A stretch of 64,000 nt of DNA. Source: a virus. Within the stretch, counting starts at the first letter, position 1, and every line of letters starts with the position of its first letter. This document shows, piece by piece, positions 17,798 through 26,103 of the stretch. Position numbers and translations under genes: made by a program. Where the stretch lies: the IMG/VR virus record IMGVR_UViG_3300045988_177154, positions 64,001 to 128,000 of that record. One strand, 5' to 3'. The notes below the pieces were generated by a model. It saw only the letters and a program-made list of their open reading frames with translations, had not been told where the DNA came from and searched no databases.

Positions 17798-18781
17798 ATG
17801 ATTATAAAATGCTATTTGTTTTCAGATAGAACTAGACAATTAGGTCATACTTATTATTCATTAGGAATGGGAGATTATTTGTATTTTGAGCTTAGCTCAT
17901 ACCAAGATTATTTTCACATTGGTGACCCATTTGTTTACGAAGTAGAAGTTGATACAGACAAAATATTGTATTGTGATAGTGAAAGTGTACACTCTATTGA
18001 GTACAAGATAAGTAGAGTAATCAAATTTGAAGAATATATTTTTACGTTTGAGTTTCCAAAAGATGATTTAAAAGAATTACTTAATATACTTGATGGAAAT
18101 ATTGACAAAAATGAAATGATAGAATTTTATACTGCAATCATTAGTAAAGATGTTTACAAAGTAAATAGGTTTGAGCAATTAAAACTTTTTGCAATATTAA
18201 ATCAAACAAAATATGAGCTGCCAGAAGTAACAATAGAAAAAGAATTTCAAATGGATTACTATGTTAAGCTTTTAATTTATTACAATAAACCTTATCAAGC
18301 TATTTGTAAACATTCCGCCAAAATTTCTGGGTTTAGAAAAGAACTTAATAAGCAGAGAATGCGGGGAACTACTACTTTTGAAACAATTTCAGATGAAATC
18401 ACCGAAAGATTAGCTTATAATTATTTTTTAGATGAATATATACTAAATAGACAACTTACTCAAGAACAATTTGAAAGTTTATGTGAGTACTTCAAGTGGA
18501 ATACACATATTTTTAAATTTAGAATAAAACTTAGTTCAATTGCAGCTGGTTACAAAATTCTACCAGAACATAGAAGTCTTTTTTATCCTTTTGTGCTTTA
18601 TCATGGAATAGAAGATAATTTGGATATAATTGACCGTGAGAAAAAGCCTGATGAATTATTAAAGATTTTATTTAACTGCGGTTATAAATTTAAAAATGTT
18701 GATTATAGCGACATGCCTTCACATGATAAAATTACTGAAGCAAAAATCATCTTTCAAAAAGGATTTAAATATATAGAATAA
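17798..18781 (+). CDS. paralog family A protein (A6)
   Basis: Start moved to ATG 17798 (AAAGGAG RBS), giving MIIKCYLFS. PFVYEVEVDTD, KLFAILNQTKYELP, RQLTQEQFESLCEY, AAGYKILPEH. Confidence 0.7.
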   Translation: MIIKCYLFSDRTRQLGHTYYSLGMGDYLYFELSSYQDYFHIGDPFVYEVEVDTDKILYCDSESVHSIEYKISRVIKFEEYIFTFEFPKDDLKELLNILDGNIDKNEMIEFYTAIISKDVYKVNRFEQLKLFAILNQTKYELPEVTIEKEFQMDYYVKLLIYYNKPYQAICKHSAKISGFRKELNKQRMRGTTTFETISDEITERLAYNYFLDEYILNRQLTQEQFESLCEYFKWNTHIFKFRIKLSSIAAGYKILPEHRSLFYPFVLYHGIEDNLDIIDREKKPDELLKILFNCGYKFKNVDYSDMPSHDKITEAKIIFQKGFKYIE

Positions 18782-18892
18782 GCAACTCTAAGCTGTTTTA
18801 TTTTAAAGCCGATACATTTATCGAAAATCAGTTTTAACTGTTTTACTGTTGATTATATGACGATATAACGACATTCAAAATCAGTCTAAGCA
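18782..18892 (+). repeat. R element copy 2
   Basis: CTAAGCTGTTTTATTTTAAAGCCGATACATTTATCGAAAATCAGTTTTAACTGTTTTAC...TATATGACGATATAACGACATTCAAAATCAGT. Confidence 0.8.
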
Positions 18893-18925
18893 ATATGAAA
18901 ATTATAAAAAGAACAATAAAAATAT

Positions 18926-18954
18926 TTGACAAATGAAATACTATATAATATAAT
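18926..18954 (+). promoter_or_regulatory. sigma70-like promoter
   Basis: TTGACA 18926-18931, 17 nt, TATAAT 18949-18954. Confidence 0.55.
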
Positions 18955-18983
18955 AGAATTATCAAAAGAAAGCGAGGATTAAA

Positions 18984-19409
18984 ATGGCTACTACTGAAGA
19001 ATTACTAACAGAAGCTAGAGAATATTTTGCTCAATTGGAAAAACCAAATGAAGAATTAAATGTTGACTATAATTCTGATTATGTGTTATTTGATGAAATA
19101 GATAAAGAAAATCTAAATAAAAATGGTAGACGAGTATTGCTACTTGACTTAAATAACGGAATGAAAGCTGCATTTTTACTAATACCAGATATGGAACAAA
19201 ATCGTTTTACTTTATCTAAGATTAAAGAAACTGCATCTGTACGATTACTTACAAAAGAAACAAAAAATACAGTAAAACAATTTACTTCTCATAAAGGATT
19301 TTTCCCTACTCTAACTTTAGAACAACAAGGGGATATTACTGGAGCTGTTGTTAAATTAAAAGATGGTTCTTATGCAACAATTACTGAACAATTGGAGGTA
19401 ATTAAATAA
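18984..19409 (+). CDS. hypothetical protein, first gene of the ThiF/JAB cassette
   Basis: 141 aa with no cysteine, so not an E2-like enzyme. Stop overlaps the ThiF start (ATAATG). Confidence 0.6.
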   Translation: MATTEELLTEAREYFAQLEKPNEELNVDYNSDYVLFDEIDKENLNKNGRRVLLLDLNNGMKAAFLLIPDMEQNRFTLSKIKETASVRLLTKETKNTVKQFTSHKGFFPTLTLEQQGDITGAVVKLKDGSYATITEQLEVIK

Positions 19410-20089
19410 TGCTGAAAATTAAAGAAGGCCGAAAATATTATATTGTACTAGGTGCTGGTGGAACTGGGTCTTGGCTTGCACAATTCCTATCTAAAATTGA
19501 AGTTCCAGTATACCTTATTGATGGTGATGTGGTGGAACCTAAAAATGTTCTCCGTCAAAACTTTGTCAATGAAGAAGTAAATATGAGCAAAGCAGAAATT
19601 GCTAAAAAATGGGATTTTGCTTATGTGCCTGAATTTTTGAGTGATACTTCTATTATTGATGAAATTATTGCTCAAGAAGAAGGCACACCAGTACTTGTAG
19701 GTTGCTTAGATAACAATGCTACTCGTAAAATTGCTCAAGATGTATTCTACAATCCTAATTACAAAGACATTTTGTGGTTAGACGGTGGAAATGCAGAGCG
19801 ACATGGTCAAGCTTATGTTGCGGCTAAATATGATAATGAAGTTCATTATGAAAGTCCTATTGCTCTTGACCCAGCATTCCAAAACTTTGAAGGTGATGAA
19901 CGTAGACCAGACCAGATTTCATGTGCTGAACAATCTGAGTCTGCGCCACAAAACGTAACTGCAAACGTTACTAGTGCTACATTGTTATTTAATCTAATTA
20001 ACTTGATTGAAGAAAATGCTATGTTGCTTGGAAATAAATTTATGTTCCACACAAAATTATGTAGTATGACAACAACAGAAATTGTTTGA
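19409..20089 (+). CDS. ThiF/MoeB-family E1-like adenylyltransferase (small, PRTRC-ThiF-like)
   Basis: 226 aa. Rossmann loop YIVLGAGGTGSW and DGDVVEPKNVLRQNF (ThiF D.D.V..SNL.RQ signature). Confidence 0.75.
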   Translation: MLKIKEGRKYYIVLGAGGTGSWLAQFLSKIEVPVYLIDGDVVEPKNVLRQNFVNEEVNMSKAEIAKKWDFAYVPEFLSDTSIIDEIIAQEEGTPVLVGCLDNNATRKIAQDVFYNPNYKDILWLDGGNAERHGQAYVAAKYDNEVHYESPIALDPAFQNFEGDERRPDQISCAEQSESAPQNVTANVTSATLLFNLINLIEENAMLLGNKFMFHTKLCSMTTTEIV

Positions 20090-20114
20090 CAAAGTTTGAT
20101 TAACCTGATAAAAT
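20086..20114 (+). promoter_or_regulatory. sigma70-like promoter (extended -10)
   Basis: TTGACA 20086-20091, 17 nt, TGATAAAAT ending at 20114. Confidence 0.5.
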
Positions 20115-20145
20115 AAATTTATAAATATGAAAGGAGTTCATTGTC

Positions 20146-20310
20146 ATGGCTTTTAATCCTAGTCAGATTAAATTTGTTCAGTACAAAGGAGAAAAATTTC
20201 CCTTGAATGGAGCAGATTATAATAAAGTTCTTGATTTGCTGAAAATTCCAAAATCAGCAACAGTAACAATTGTAGGTAATACAATTATTGTTACCACTCG
20301 AAAAAGTTGA
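20146..20310 (+). CDS. short PRTRC_C-like protein (54 aa), paralog of the N-terminus of 20537-21070
   Basis: AAAGGAG RBS. QIKFVQYKGEKFPLNGADYNKVLDLLKIPKSATVTIVGNTIIVTTRKS aligns with EIVFQNNRFPLNGASVDDVLALLNVPDNAELAVEGTALLITEKSG. Below the ORF-track cutoff. Confidence 0.6.
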   Translation: MAFNPSQIKFVQYKGEKFPLNGADYNKVLDLLKIPKSATVTIVGNTIIVTTRKS

Positions 20311-20319
20311 TAAAAATAG

Positions 20320-20348
20320 TTGACAAACGCTAAATCACTTGTTATAAT
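20320..20348 (+). promoter_or_regulatory. sigma70 consensus promoter driving the stand-alone omega-RNA-like unit
   Basis: TTGACA 20320-20325, 17 nt, TATAAT 20343-20348. Homology to the tnpB 3' region starts 5 nt downstream. Confidence 0.65.
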
Positions 20349-20352
20349 GAAA

Positions 20353-20488
20353 TTAAAGGAAATAATCAAATTGTGTTATTTCTAATAGATGTACCATATT
20401 TAATCATTAAATTTGGAGTCTATCCTCTATTTGAGGTATTACCTTGCAACTCACTTATTTATTACAATAAGTTACAGGTGTAAGCAAC
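20353..20488 (+). ncRNA. stand-alone omega-RNA-like scaffold (copy of the tnpB-1 3' end / right end)
   Basis: Aligns over ~136 nt with the reverse complement of 7166-7308, for example GAGGTATTACCTT(G/A)CAACTCACTTATT(T/C)ATTACAATAAGTTACAG(G/A)TGTAAGCAAC. The frame equivalent to tnpB hits a stop after ~11 codons, so conservation is not protein-level. Confidence 0.7.
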
Positions 20489-20536
20489 AATGTAAATATA
20501 AAATAAAAAATAAAATTTTGAAAGGAGCTATTTAAA

Positions 20537-21070
20537 ATGGCTACAAATATTTATGAAAACGTTACGGAGATTGTTTTCCAAAACAATCGCTTCCCACTGA
20601 ATGGTGCTTCTGTTGATGATGTACTTGCATTGCTAAACGTCCCAGACAATGCAGAATTGGCAGTAGAAGGTACTGCTCTTCTAATTACAGAAAAATCTGG
20701 TACAAAGGGTGCTGACCCTGACCCAGAATTGATTGCTAAGTTGGCTGCTACTTTTGGTGGCGAAGCAATCAAAGGTGCTAGTGTGAAACTCCACCGTGCT
20801 TCAAATGGTAAATGGGTACCAAAAATCCCTGGTTTCACTCTTGATGAAGTTGCTTACTTGCTTGAAAAAGATGTAGAACTTTCAGAAGAAATGACTGATG
20901 AACAAGTTGAAATTGCTCGTCAAGCTCTTGAACAACGTGATGCTGAAATTGAAGCACAACGTGTTGCAGAAAAACAAGCTTTAGTAACAGAAGCTCTTGA
21001 AGGCTCAGGTCTTAACTTCACTTATGACCAATTGGTCTGTTTGCAAAAAGCTCTTGATGCTATTCGCTAA
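20537..21070 (+). CDS. PRTRC_C-like domain protein with acidic helical C-terminal half
   Basis: 177 aa. The N-terminal ~55 aa end in GTKG, as I recall for PRTRC system protein C. Visibly higher GC and GCT/GGT/CGT-rich codons than its neighbours. Confidence 0.55.
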   Translation: MATNIYENVTEIVFQNNRFPLNGASVDDVLALLNVPDNAELAVEGTALLITEKSGTKGADPDPELIAKLAATFGGEAIKGASVKLHRASNGKWVPKIPGFTLDEVAYLLEKDVELSEEMTDEQVEIARQALEQRDAEIEAQRVAEKQALVTEALEGSGLNFTYDQLVCLQKALDAIR

Positions 21071-21098
21071 AAACAACACACTATTTAACAAAAAAAGA

Positions 21099-21127
21099 AA
21101 ATCACACTTCAGTGTGATTTTTTTATT
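21099..21127 (+). terminator. rho-independent terminator
   Basis: AAATCACAC-TTCA-GTGTGATTT followed by TTTTATTTTT. Confidence 0.7.
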
Positions 21128-21145
21128 TTTTAATACACTTTTCGG

Positions 21146-21174
21146 TTGACAAATTCATAATTGTTTGATAGAAT
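21146..21174 (+). promoter_or_regulatory. sigma70-like promoter (extended -10)
   Basis: TTGACA 21146-21151, 17 nt, TGATAGAAT ending at 21174. Confidence 0.55.
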
Positions 21175-21204
21175 ATATAATATAATAAGAAAGGGGAAAA
21201 TACA

Positions 21205-21942
21205 ATGCCTATTTTAGAACTAGACGCTAGTCAATATGTGAAGCAAGGTCGAATTTTTAAGAAATTTGATTCTAATTTGCTTGATTCATATATGGACGGT
21301 AGACAAAATAACTATAATATTAACTTAGCAGAATTAGATGACCAAATTTCTGATGGTATCGTTTATGCTGACCGAAATGGTAAAATGATTTACAAATTTG
21401 GAGCTAAGAAAATTATTCAAACAGCAATCACAAATGGATTGGAAATTAGTGGGTTGTCTAAGGATTTAGAAATGAAGCATTATTCATTTTGGGTACCTGA
21501 TTTATATTTTGTTTCATTTTACAGTTTTAATCCAAATGAAGATTTATATATTGCATACCGTAGCAAAGATGAAGAATTTATTTGCTTGACAAATATTTGG
21601 CCTGACGGTTCGAGCTATGCAGAGGATTATTTCCCTAATGGTGACCGATTAACTCTTAAAAGACTTTGTAAGGGTAGCATGATGTCAGATGTTAGTTCGA
21701 GCGATTATGACGCATGGAGAAATAATGCTGTCACTCGTGCTAGTCAATTTGTAAATAAATTTGTAAGTGCTCGAGGAAATTCTGACTTAGATTTTGTTGG
21801 TAGTGCATTGCGAAGCAAAGTACCGAGTCATAATATTAAAAAATGTGCAGTATTTCTTGGCACAATTACAAAAGAACAAGAAAATGTAAACACTTATGAA
21901 GAGTTCATGGAATGGACTAAAAATACAAAATGGTTTAAATAA
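21205..21942 (+). CDS. hypothetical protein (ThiF/JAB cassette)
   Basis: 245-aa ORF, GGGGAAAA RBS. Confidence 0.6.
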   Translation: MPILELDASQYVKQGRIFKKFDSNLLDSYMDGRQNNYNINLAELDDQISDGIVYADRNGKMIYKFGAKKIIQTAITNGLEISGLSKDLEMKHYSFWVPDLYFVSFYSFNPNEDLYIAYRSKDEEFICLTNIWPDGSSYAEDYFPNGDRLTLKRLCKGSMMSDVSSSDYDAWRNNAVTRASQFVNKFVSARGNSDLDFVGSALRSKVPSHNIKKCAVFLGTITKEQENVNTYEEFMEWTKNTKWFK

Positions 21943-21965
21943 AAAGAAAGTGAGAAATAAATAAA

Positions 21966-23144
21966 ATGAAATTAGTAGAACTTTACTCATCAGAACAATT
22001 TAAAAAAGAATCTGACCGTGGTATGATTAAAACAGTTATTGTCGGAAAAGACGGTACGTATGAAGAACAAAATTCTTGGTTAGGTACTTCTCTGAAAAAA
22101 GTACATGATTATGGAGTTATTACATTCCCCGAAGTTACTGAATTTGTAAAAGTAAAAAATGTAAATGTTACAAAAATTCCAGCAATTGCCATTAAAACAG
22201 TAATGAAATGGTACAAAGACATTACTGATAAGAATGGAGAAGAAGCACAAGTAAACTTTTATCTTAAAAGTCGTAAATTGGGCGGAACTCCACAAGATGG
22301 TATTTACAAATTAACTTATACTGAAGAAGATGAATTTGGAATTGAAACAGAAAAGACAGTTAAATTAGAAGATATTCCGGGGCTTAACTTTTGGAATGAT
22401 GATGTATTCTCATATACACCAAAACAAGAAAATTCACACGGCCAAACAAGTACAGATGACCCAATCTATACAGCTCTAAATCAACAATATGGAATGTTTT
22501 TGGAAACACATTCACATAACAGCATGCCAGCATTTTGCTCAAGTACTGACTATGCAAATTCTCAAAATGACGCTGTTCAATTAGTATTTGGGAAATTCAA
22601 AGGCTCTCATATTGAAATGTATAACTGGATTACAGTAAGTCAAAAGCTTAAGGAAGGTTTTGATGCTCATGTATTGGAAAAATTTGTAGAATTTCCAACT
22701 TATTCTGTAAATACAGCAGAAAAGAAATTGAACTTTGATTTTTCTGTACTTTCAGGTGTTGATGAAACAATTCTTGAAGAATGGGATAAACAAGTTATCA
22801 AACCTAAACCTATTGTACGTTCATTTGGATATGGTAGTTATGGTGGCGGATATGCTAACACAATTTGGTCTACTTCAGATACAACTCGTTCACCTTGGAC
22901 TCCAAAACATGGTTCTACTGTAACATCATACAAATCAACTCCAGCTAAGATTGAAGAAGGTTCTGAAAAAGCAATTATTGATTTACTAGAAATGTATGGC
23001 AATGATGCAATTAGTGTGATTGAAAATCTAGTAAGTATTTACAAATCAGCTATTTCAAATGCTACTTATGTAAGCAAGACTGAAACAGAAATTCAAGATG
23101 AAATTGTCACTCTTGTATCGGATGCAATTGATGAACTTTTCTAA
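21966..23144 (+). CDS. JAB/MPN+ (JAMM) metallopeptidase domain protein
   Basis: 392 aa. HSHNSMPAFCSSTD fits the JAMM motif HxH-x7-S-xx-D. Confidence 0.7.
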   Translation: MKLVELYSSEQFKKESDRGMIKTVIVGKDGTYEEQNSWLGTSLKKVHDYGVITFPEVTEFVKVKNVNVTKIPAIAIKTVMKWYKDITDKNGEEAQVNFYLKSRKLGGTPQDGIYKLTYTEEDEFGIETEKTVKLEDIPGLNFWNDDVFSYTPKQENSHGQTSTDDPIYTALNQQYGMFLETHSHNSMPAFCSSTDYANSQNDAVQLVFGKFKGSHIEMYNWITVSQKLKEGFDAHVLEKFVEFPTYSVNTAEKKLNFDFSVLSGVDETILEEWDKQVIKPKPIVRSFGYGSYGGGYANTIWSTSDTTRSPWTPKHGSTVTSYKSTPAKIEEGSEKAIIDLLEMYGNDAISVIENLVSIYKSAISNATYVSKTETEIQDEIVTLVSDAIDELF

Positions 23145-23246
23145 ACGCTAAATTTTGAGAAAAGTTATCCAAAATTGGATAACTTTTTCTTGATTTTTTA
23201 AGCATTATATTATATAATAGAATTACCGAAAGAAAGGTAGGACAAT

Positions 23247-23726
23247 ATGAAAAAAAGATTAGAAGTAAAAATCATTGATACTGCAAGACGATTAAATAGA
23301 AGAGTCAAATCAGAATATACTTTATTAAATCTAAATGAAATCTTTACAGGTACAGAAGAATTTGACTATGTTGCAGCTGCAAAATTAGGTGTTCTTGATA
23401 AATATAAAACTATTCTTGAAACTGGTGTAATTGCTGATGTTGATAAAAGTTGGAGTTCAAATAGTGTCTTAGGAAAGATTGTTGGTAATGATAAAATCGT
23501 TAAATTAGTAAATGCAGAACTTGCTGAATTATTTCCAGCGGACGTATTTGAACAAAGTGAAAATAGCACTTATTTAAAATTTAATCCAAAAAATGCTGAT
23601 AAGATTAGAAAGATTGACATTATCACATGGCTTCGTACTCAACCTAATTTTTATAGAGATGGTTCAACTTATGGATTGTCAACAAAAGTAAACGGAGCAA
23701 CTTATCATACGAAAATTCTATTTTAA
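23247..23726 (+). CDS. hypothetical protein
   Basis: 159-aa ORF, AAAGGTAGG RBS. Confidence 0.55.
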   Translation: MKKRLEVKIIDTARRLNRRVKSEYTLLNLNEIFTGTEEFDYVAAAKLGVLDKYKTILETGVIADVDKSWSSNSVLGKIVGNDKIVKLVNAELAELFPADVFEQSENSTYLKFNPKNADKIRKIDIITWLRTQPNFYRDGSTYGLSTKVNGATYHTKILF

Positions 23727-23738
23727 GGGGGAAGCAAA

Positions 23739-24221
23739 ATGAATGAATTTCAAAAACATTTATTCAAGTTAAATGAAGTTAAATTTTCTGATTATAACTT
23801 GAATTATATTGACAGTAATAATGAAGATGAAGAAGGTGTGATTGTTGTAATCACAAATGACTTCGAAAAAGCTTTTGCTTTCAAACCTTACAATCGTATT
23901 GCTAATAAAAATGCTTATCTTGTAATTGAAGAAGAAACTGACTTAGAAGCAATTGTAAAACAAATTTTAGGAGAAGATAACTTCTGTAATCTTCCAAATT
24001 TAAGACAATTCCATAATGGGCAACTTTGTCGCTATCTTAAAATTGTAGAATTTTCAAGTTACAATACTGATGCTTTTACTCATCTTAAAACGTATCTAAA
24101 ACATAATTTTGAAGAAACTGAAGATGATGTAAAACATTATGAACTCTTTGACAAGAATATTGTGATTGTTCCAAAAGAATTTTATGACTTAGCAAAAGAA
24201 AAAGTCATGCCAGCTGCATAG
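23739..24221 (+). CDS. hypothetical protein
   Basis: 160-aa ORF, GGGGGAAG RBS. Confidence 0.55.
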   Translation: MNEFQKHLFKLNEVKFSDYNLNYIDSNNEDEEGVIVVITNDFEKAFAFKPYNRIANKNAYLVIEEETDLEAIVKQILGEDNFCNLPNLRQFHNGQLCRYLKIVEFSSYNTDAFTHLKTYLKHNFEETEDDVKHYELFDKNIVIVPKEFYDLAKEKVMPAA

Positions 24222-24236
24222 AAAGGGGAGTTAAAT

Positions 24237-24428
24237 ATGTCTTTAAGTGTTTTTTTGATTTCCTTGAACAATGCTTGTCGGGAATTTAATCAACAAAATA
24301 ACATTCAATTAGAAGTTTCAGAAGTAAATATTGATTTTGACTCTGAACGCTTTAAACAATTAGACAGATTGTTTGATTGGAGTACAGAACGAGGAAAGGA
24401 AATGATTCAACGCTTGTATGTTGAATAA
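24237..24428 (+). CDS. hypothetical protein
   Basis: 63-aa ORF, AGGGGAG RBS. Confidence 0.5.
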   Translation: MSLSVFLISLNNACREFNQQNNIQLEVSEVNIDFDSERFKQLDRLFDWSTERGKEMIQRLYVE

Positions 24429-24436
24429 GGTTAAAT

Positions 24437-25417
24437 ATGGAAAACAAAACAGAATTAGTAAAACTACTTAATCAAATTTCAACGCTTTTAGAAGGTGAAG
24501 AAGAGCGCTTTAAACATTTGCTAGAACAATTGAAAACTGCTATCAATACAAAAAGTATTGCTCGAGAAGCAGAAACATTAGCAATGAACTTGATTGAAGA
24601 ACGTTATGGTAAATTACCAGAGATTACTAAAATTCAGATTGGTAATAATAAACCAAAAGAAATTAAAGGCTTGACTCACTCTTCTTTTAAATCCATTTTG
24701 ACTTTGCTTGCAAATGGAGAAAATGTTTTGCTTAATGGTCCGTCAGGTACTGGTAAAAACGTGCTTGGTAATCAAATTGCTGAAGCATTAGGATTGGAAT
24801 TTTACTGTACTCCAGCTATTCGACAAGAATATAAATTGAGTGGCTTTATTGATGCAAACGGAAACTTTGTTGAAACTCCATTCTACAAAGCTTGGACAAA
24901 TGGCGGTGTTTATCTATTTGATGAAATGGATGCTTCAGATGCTACCGTTATTCTTAATATTAACTCTGCTCTAGCAAATGGTTATTATGAATTTCCTATC
25001 GGATTGAAAAAGAAACATAAAGATTTCTATATTCTAGGTGCAGGCAATACTTTAGGAAATGGTGGCGACCGTATCTATACTGCTCGTGAAGAATTAGATG
25101 CTTCTACAATTGACCGATTTGCTGTAGTACCATTTGGATATGATGAAAAATTAGAGCGAGAACTTGCTGGAAATGAAAAGATTTATGAATTTATTATCGC
25201 AGTTCGAAAAGCAATTGAAGAAACTGGACTTCGCTATGTTGTATCTATGCGAGCGACAAAAAGTTTAGCACAATTGTATGGCAAAATGGATATTCAAGAA
25301 CTTGTTAAATATGTTGTATGTAGAAATATGCGAACAGCAGACATTAAAACAATTCTTTCACGTTGTAAATGCCCAGTAGATAATCCATTCTATATTGCTC
25401 TTAAAAATATTGATTAA
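24437..25417 (+). CDS. AAA+ ATPase (AAA_5 / MoxR-CobS-like)
   Basis: 326 aa. Walker A LLNGPSGTGKN, Walker B VYLFDEMDAS. Confidence 0.7.
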   Translation: MENKTELVKLLNQISTLLEGEEERFKHLLEQLKTAINTKSIAREAETLAMNLIEERYGKLPEITKIQIGNNKPKEIKGLTHSSFKSILTLLANGENVLLNGPSGTGKNVLGNQIAEALGLEFYCTPAIRQEYKLSGFIDANGNFVETPFYKAWTNGGVYLFDEMDASDATVILNINSALANGYYEFPIGLKKKHKDFYILGAGNTLGNGGDRIYTAREELDASTIDRFAVVPFGYDEKLERELAGNEKIYEFIIAVRKAIEETGLRYVVSMRATKSLAQLYGKMDIQELVKYVVCRNMRTADIKTILSRCKCPVDNPFYIALKNID

Positions 25418-25640
25418 CTAAAAAGAGATTTTTATAATCTCTTTTTCAGTTTAAGCAGCTTTAAGAAGAATTTCTAATAAGACATAGAAATTATCATTCA
25501 TCTATTAAAACTGTCTTAGCTGCTGAGTAACAGTCGCTAATTATCATTTAAATTATTAACTATTACTTAAAGATTATTCTATAACTCACTCTTCTTTTTT
25601 ATAGGCTTTATTCCAACGAGCTTTGAAAAAGCGAGGTGGG

Positions 25641-25692
25641 TTATCTATTTAGTTATTTATTTAGTTGTTTATTAGTTATTTATAGTTATTAG
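25641..25692. repeat. AT-rich ~11-nt tandem repeats (DUE-like)
   Basis: ATTTAGTTATTT / ATTTAGTTGTTT / ATTAGTTATTT / ATAGTTATT in tandem, followed by the hairpin AAAGCGCT-GTTTTGCA-AGCGCTTT (25692-25725). Confidence 0.55.
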
Positions 25693-25777
25693 CTAAAAAA
25701 GCGCTGTTTTGCAAAGCGCTTTAGCTGTTGTTACTCAACTGTTTAGAGCATCTGTAAAATGGCGTAATGATAAAAAA

Positions 25778-26030
25778 CAGTATTTTACCGGTGATTATCA
25801 GTATTTTACCGGTTTTTTTGAGTATTTTTGGTCATTTTTTGAGTATTTTACCGGTTTTTTTGAGTATTTTTGGGCCGATTTTAGTATTTCATTACTGAGT
25901 ATTTTACCGGATTTTTAATTGCTTTGTTTTAGTTTTGAATGATTTCACTGAGTATTTTTGGTCTGTTTTTGAATTTTATATATGAGTATTTTTAGGCTTT
26001 TTCAAAATGCTTGATGAGTATTTTACCCTT
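25778..26030. repeat. iteron-like array, ten copies of (G/C)AGTATTTT(ACCGG/TGG)
   Basis: Copies start at 25778, 25799, 25820, 25841 and 25862 (exact 21-bp phasing), then 25882, 25897, 25950, 25984 and 26016. ORF 25709-25918 is just the repeat translated (FTGFFEYF...). Confidence 0.75.
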
Positions 26031-26103
26031 GATTTATGATTTGACTTATGGGAAAGTTTATAATATAATAAAAATAAATAAAAAATGAAAGTAATGAGAA
26101 ACT

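Noticed and set aside
20096-20120. TTGAT-flanked sequence upstream of the short PRTRC_C-like gene as the empty target site for the stand-alone omega-RNA's guide
   Set aside because: The similarity to 20489-20508 is real (shared ATAAAATAAA) but 2 nt out of register relative to TTGAT. It is most simply explained by the two genes' 5' UTRs being paralogous, so it is not reported as a target.
25709-25918. 69-aa ORF in the ORF track
   Set aside because: It is the conceptual translation of the 21-bp iterons (repeating FTGFFEYF/WSFFEYF). It has no RBS and lies in an otherwise non-coding origin-like region.
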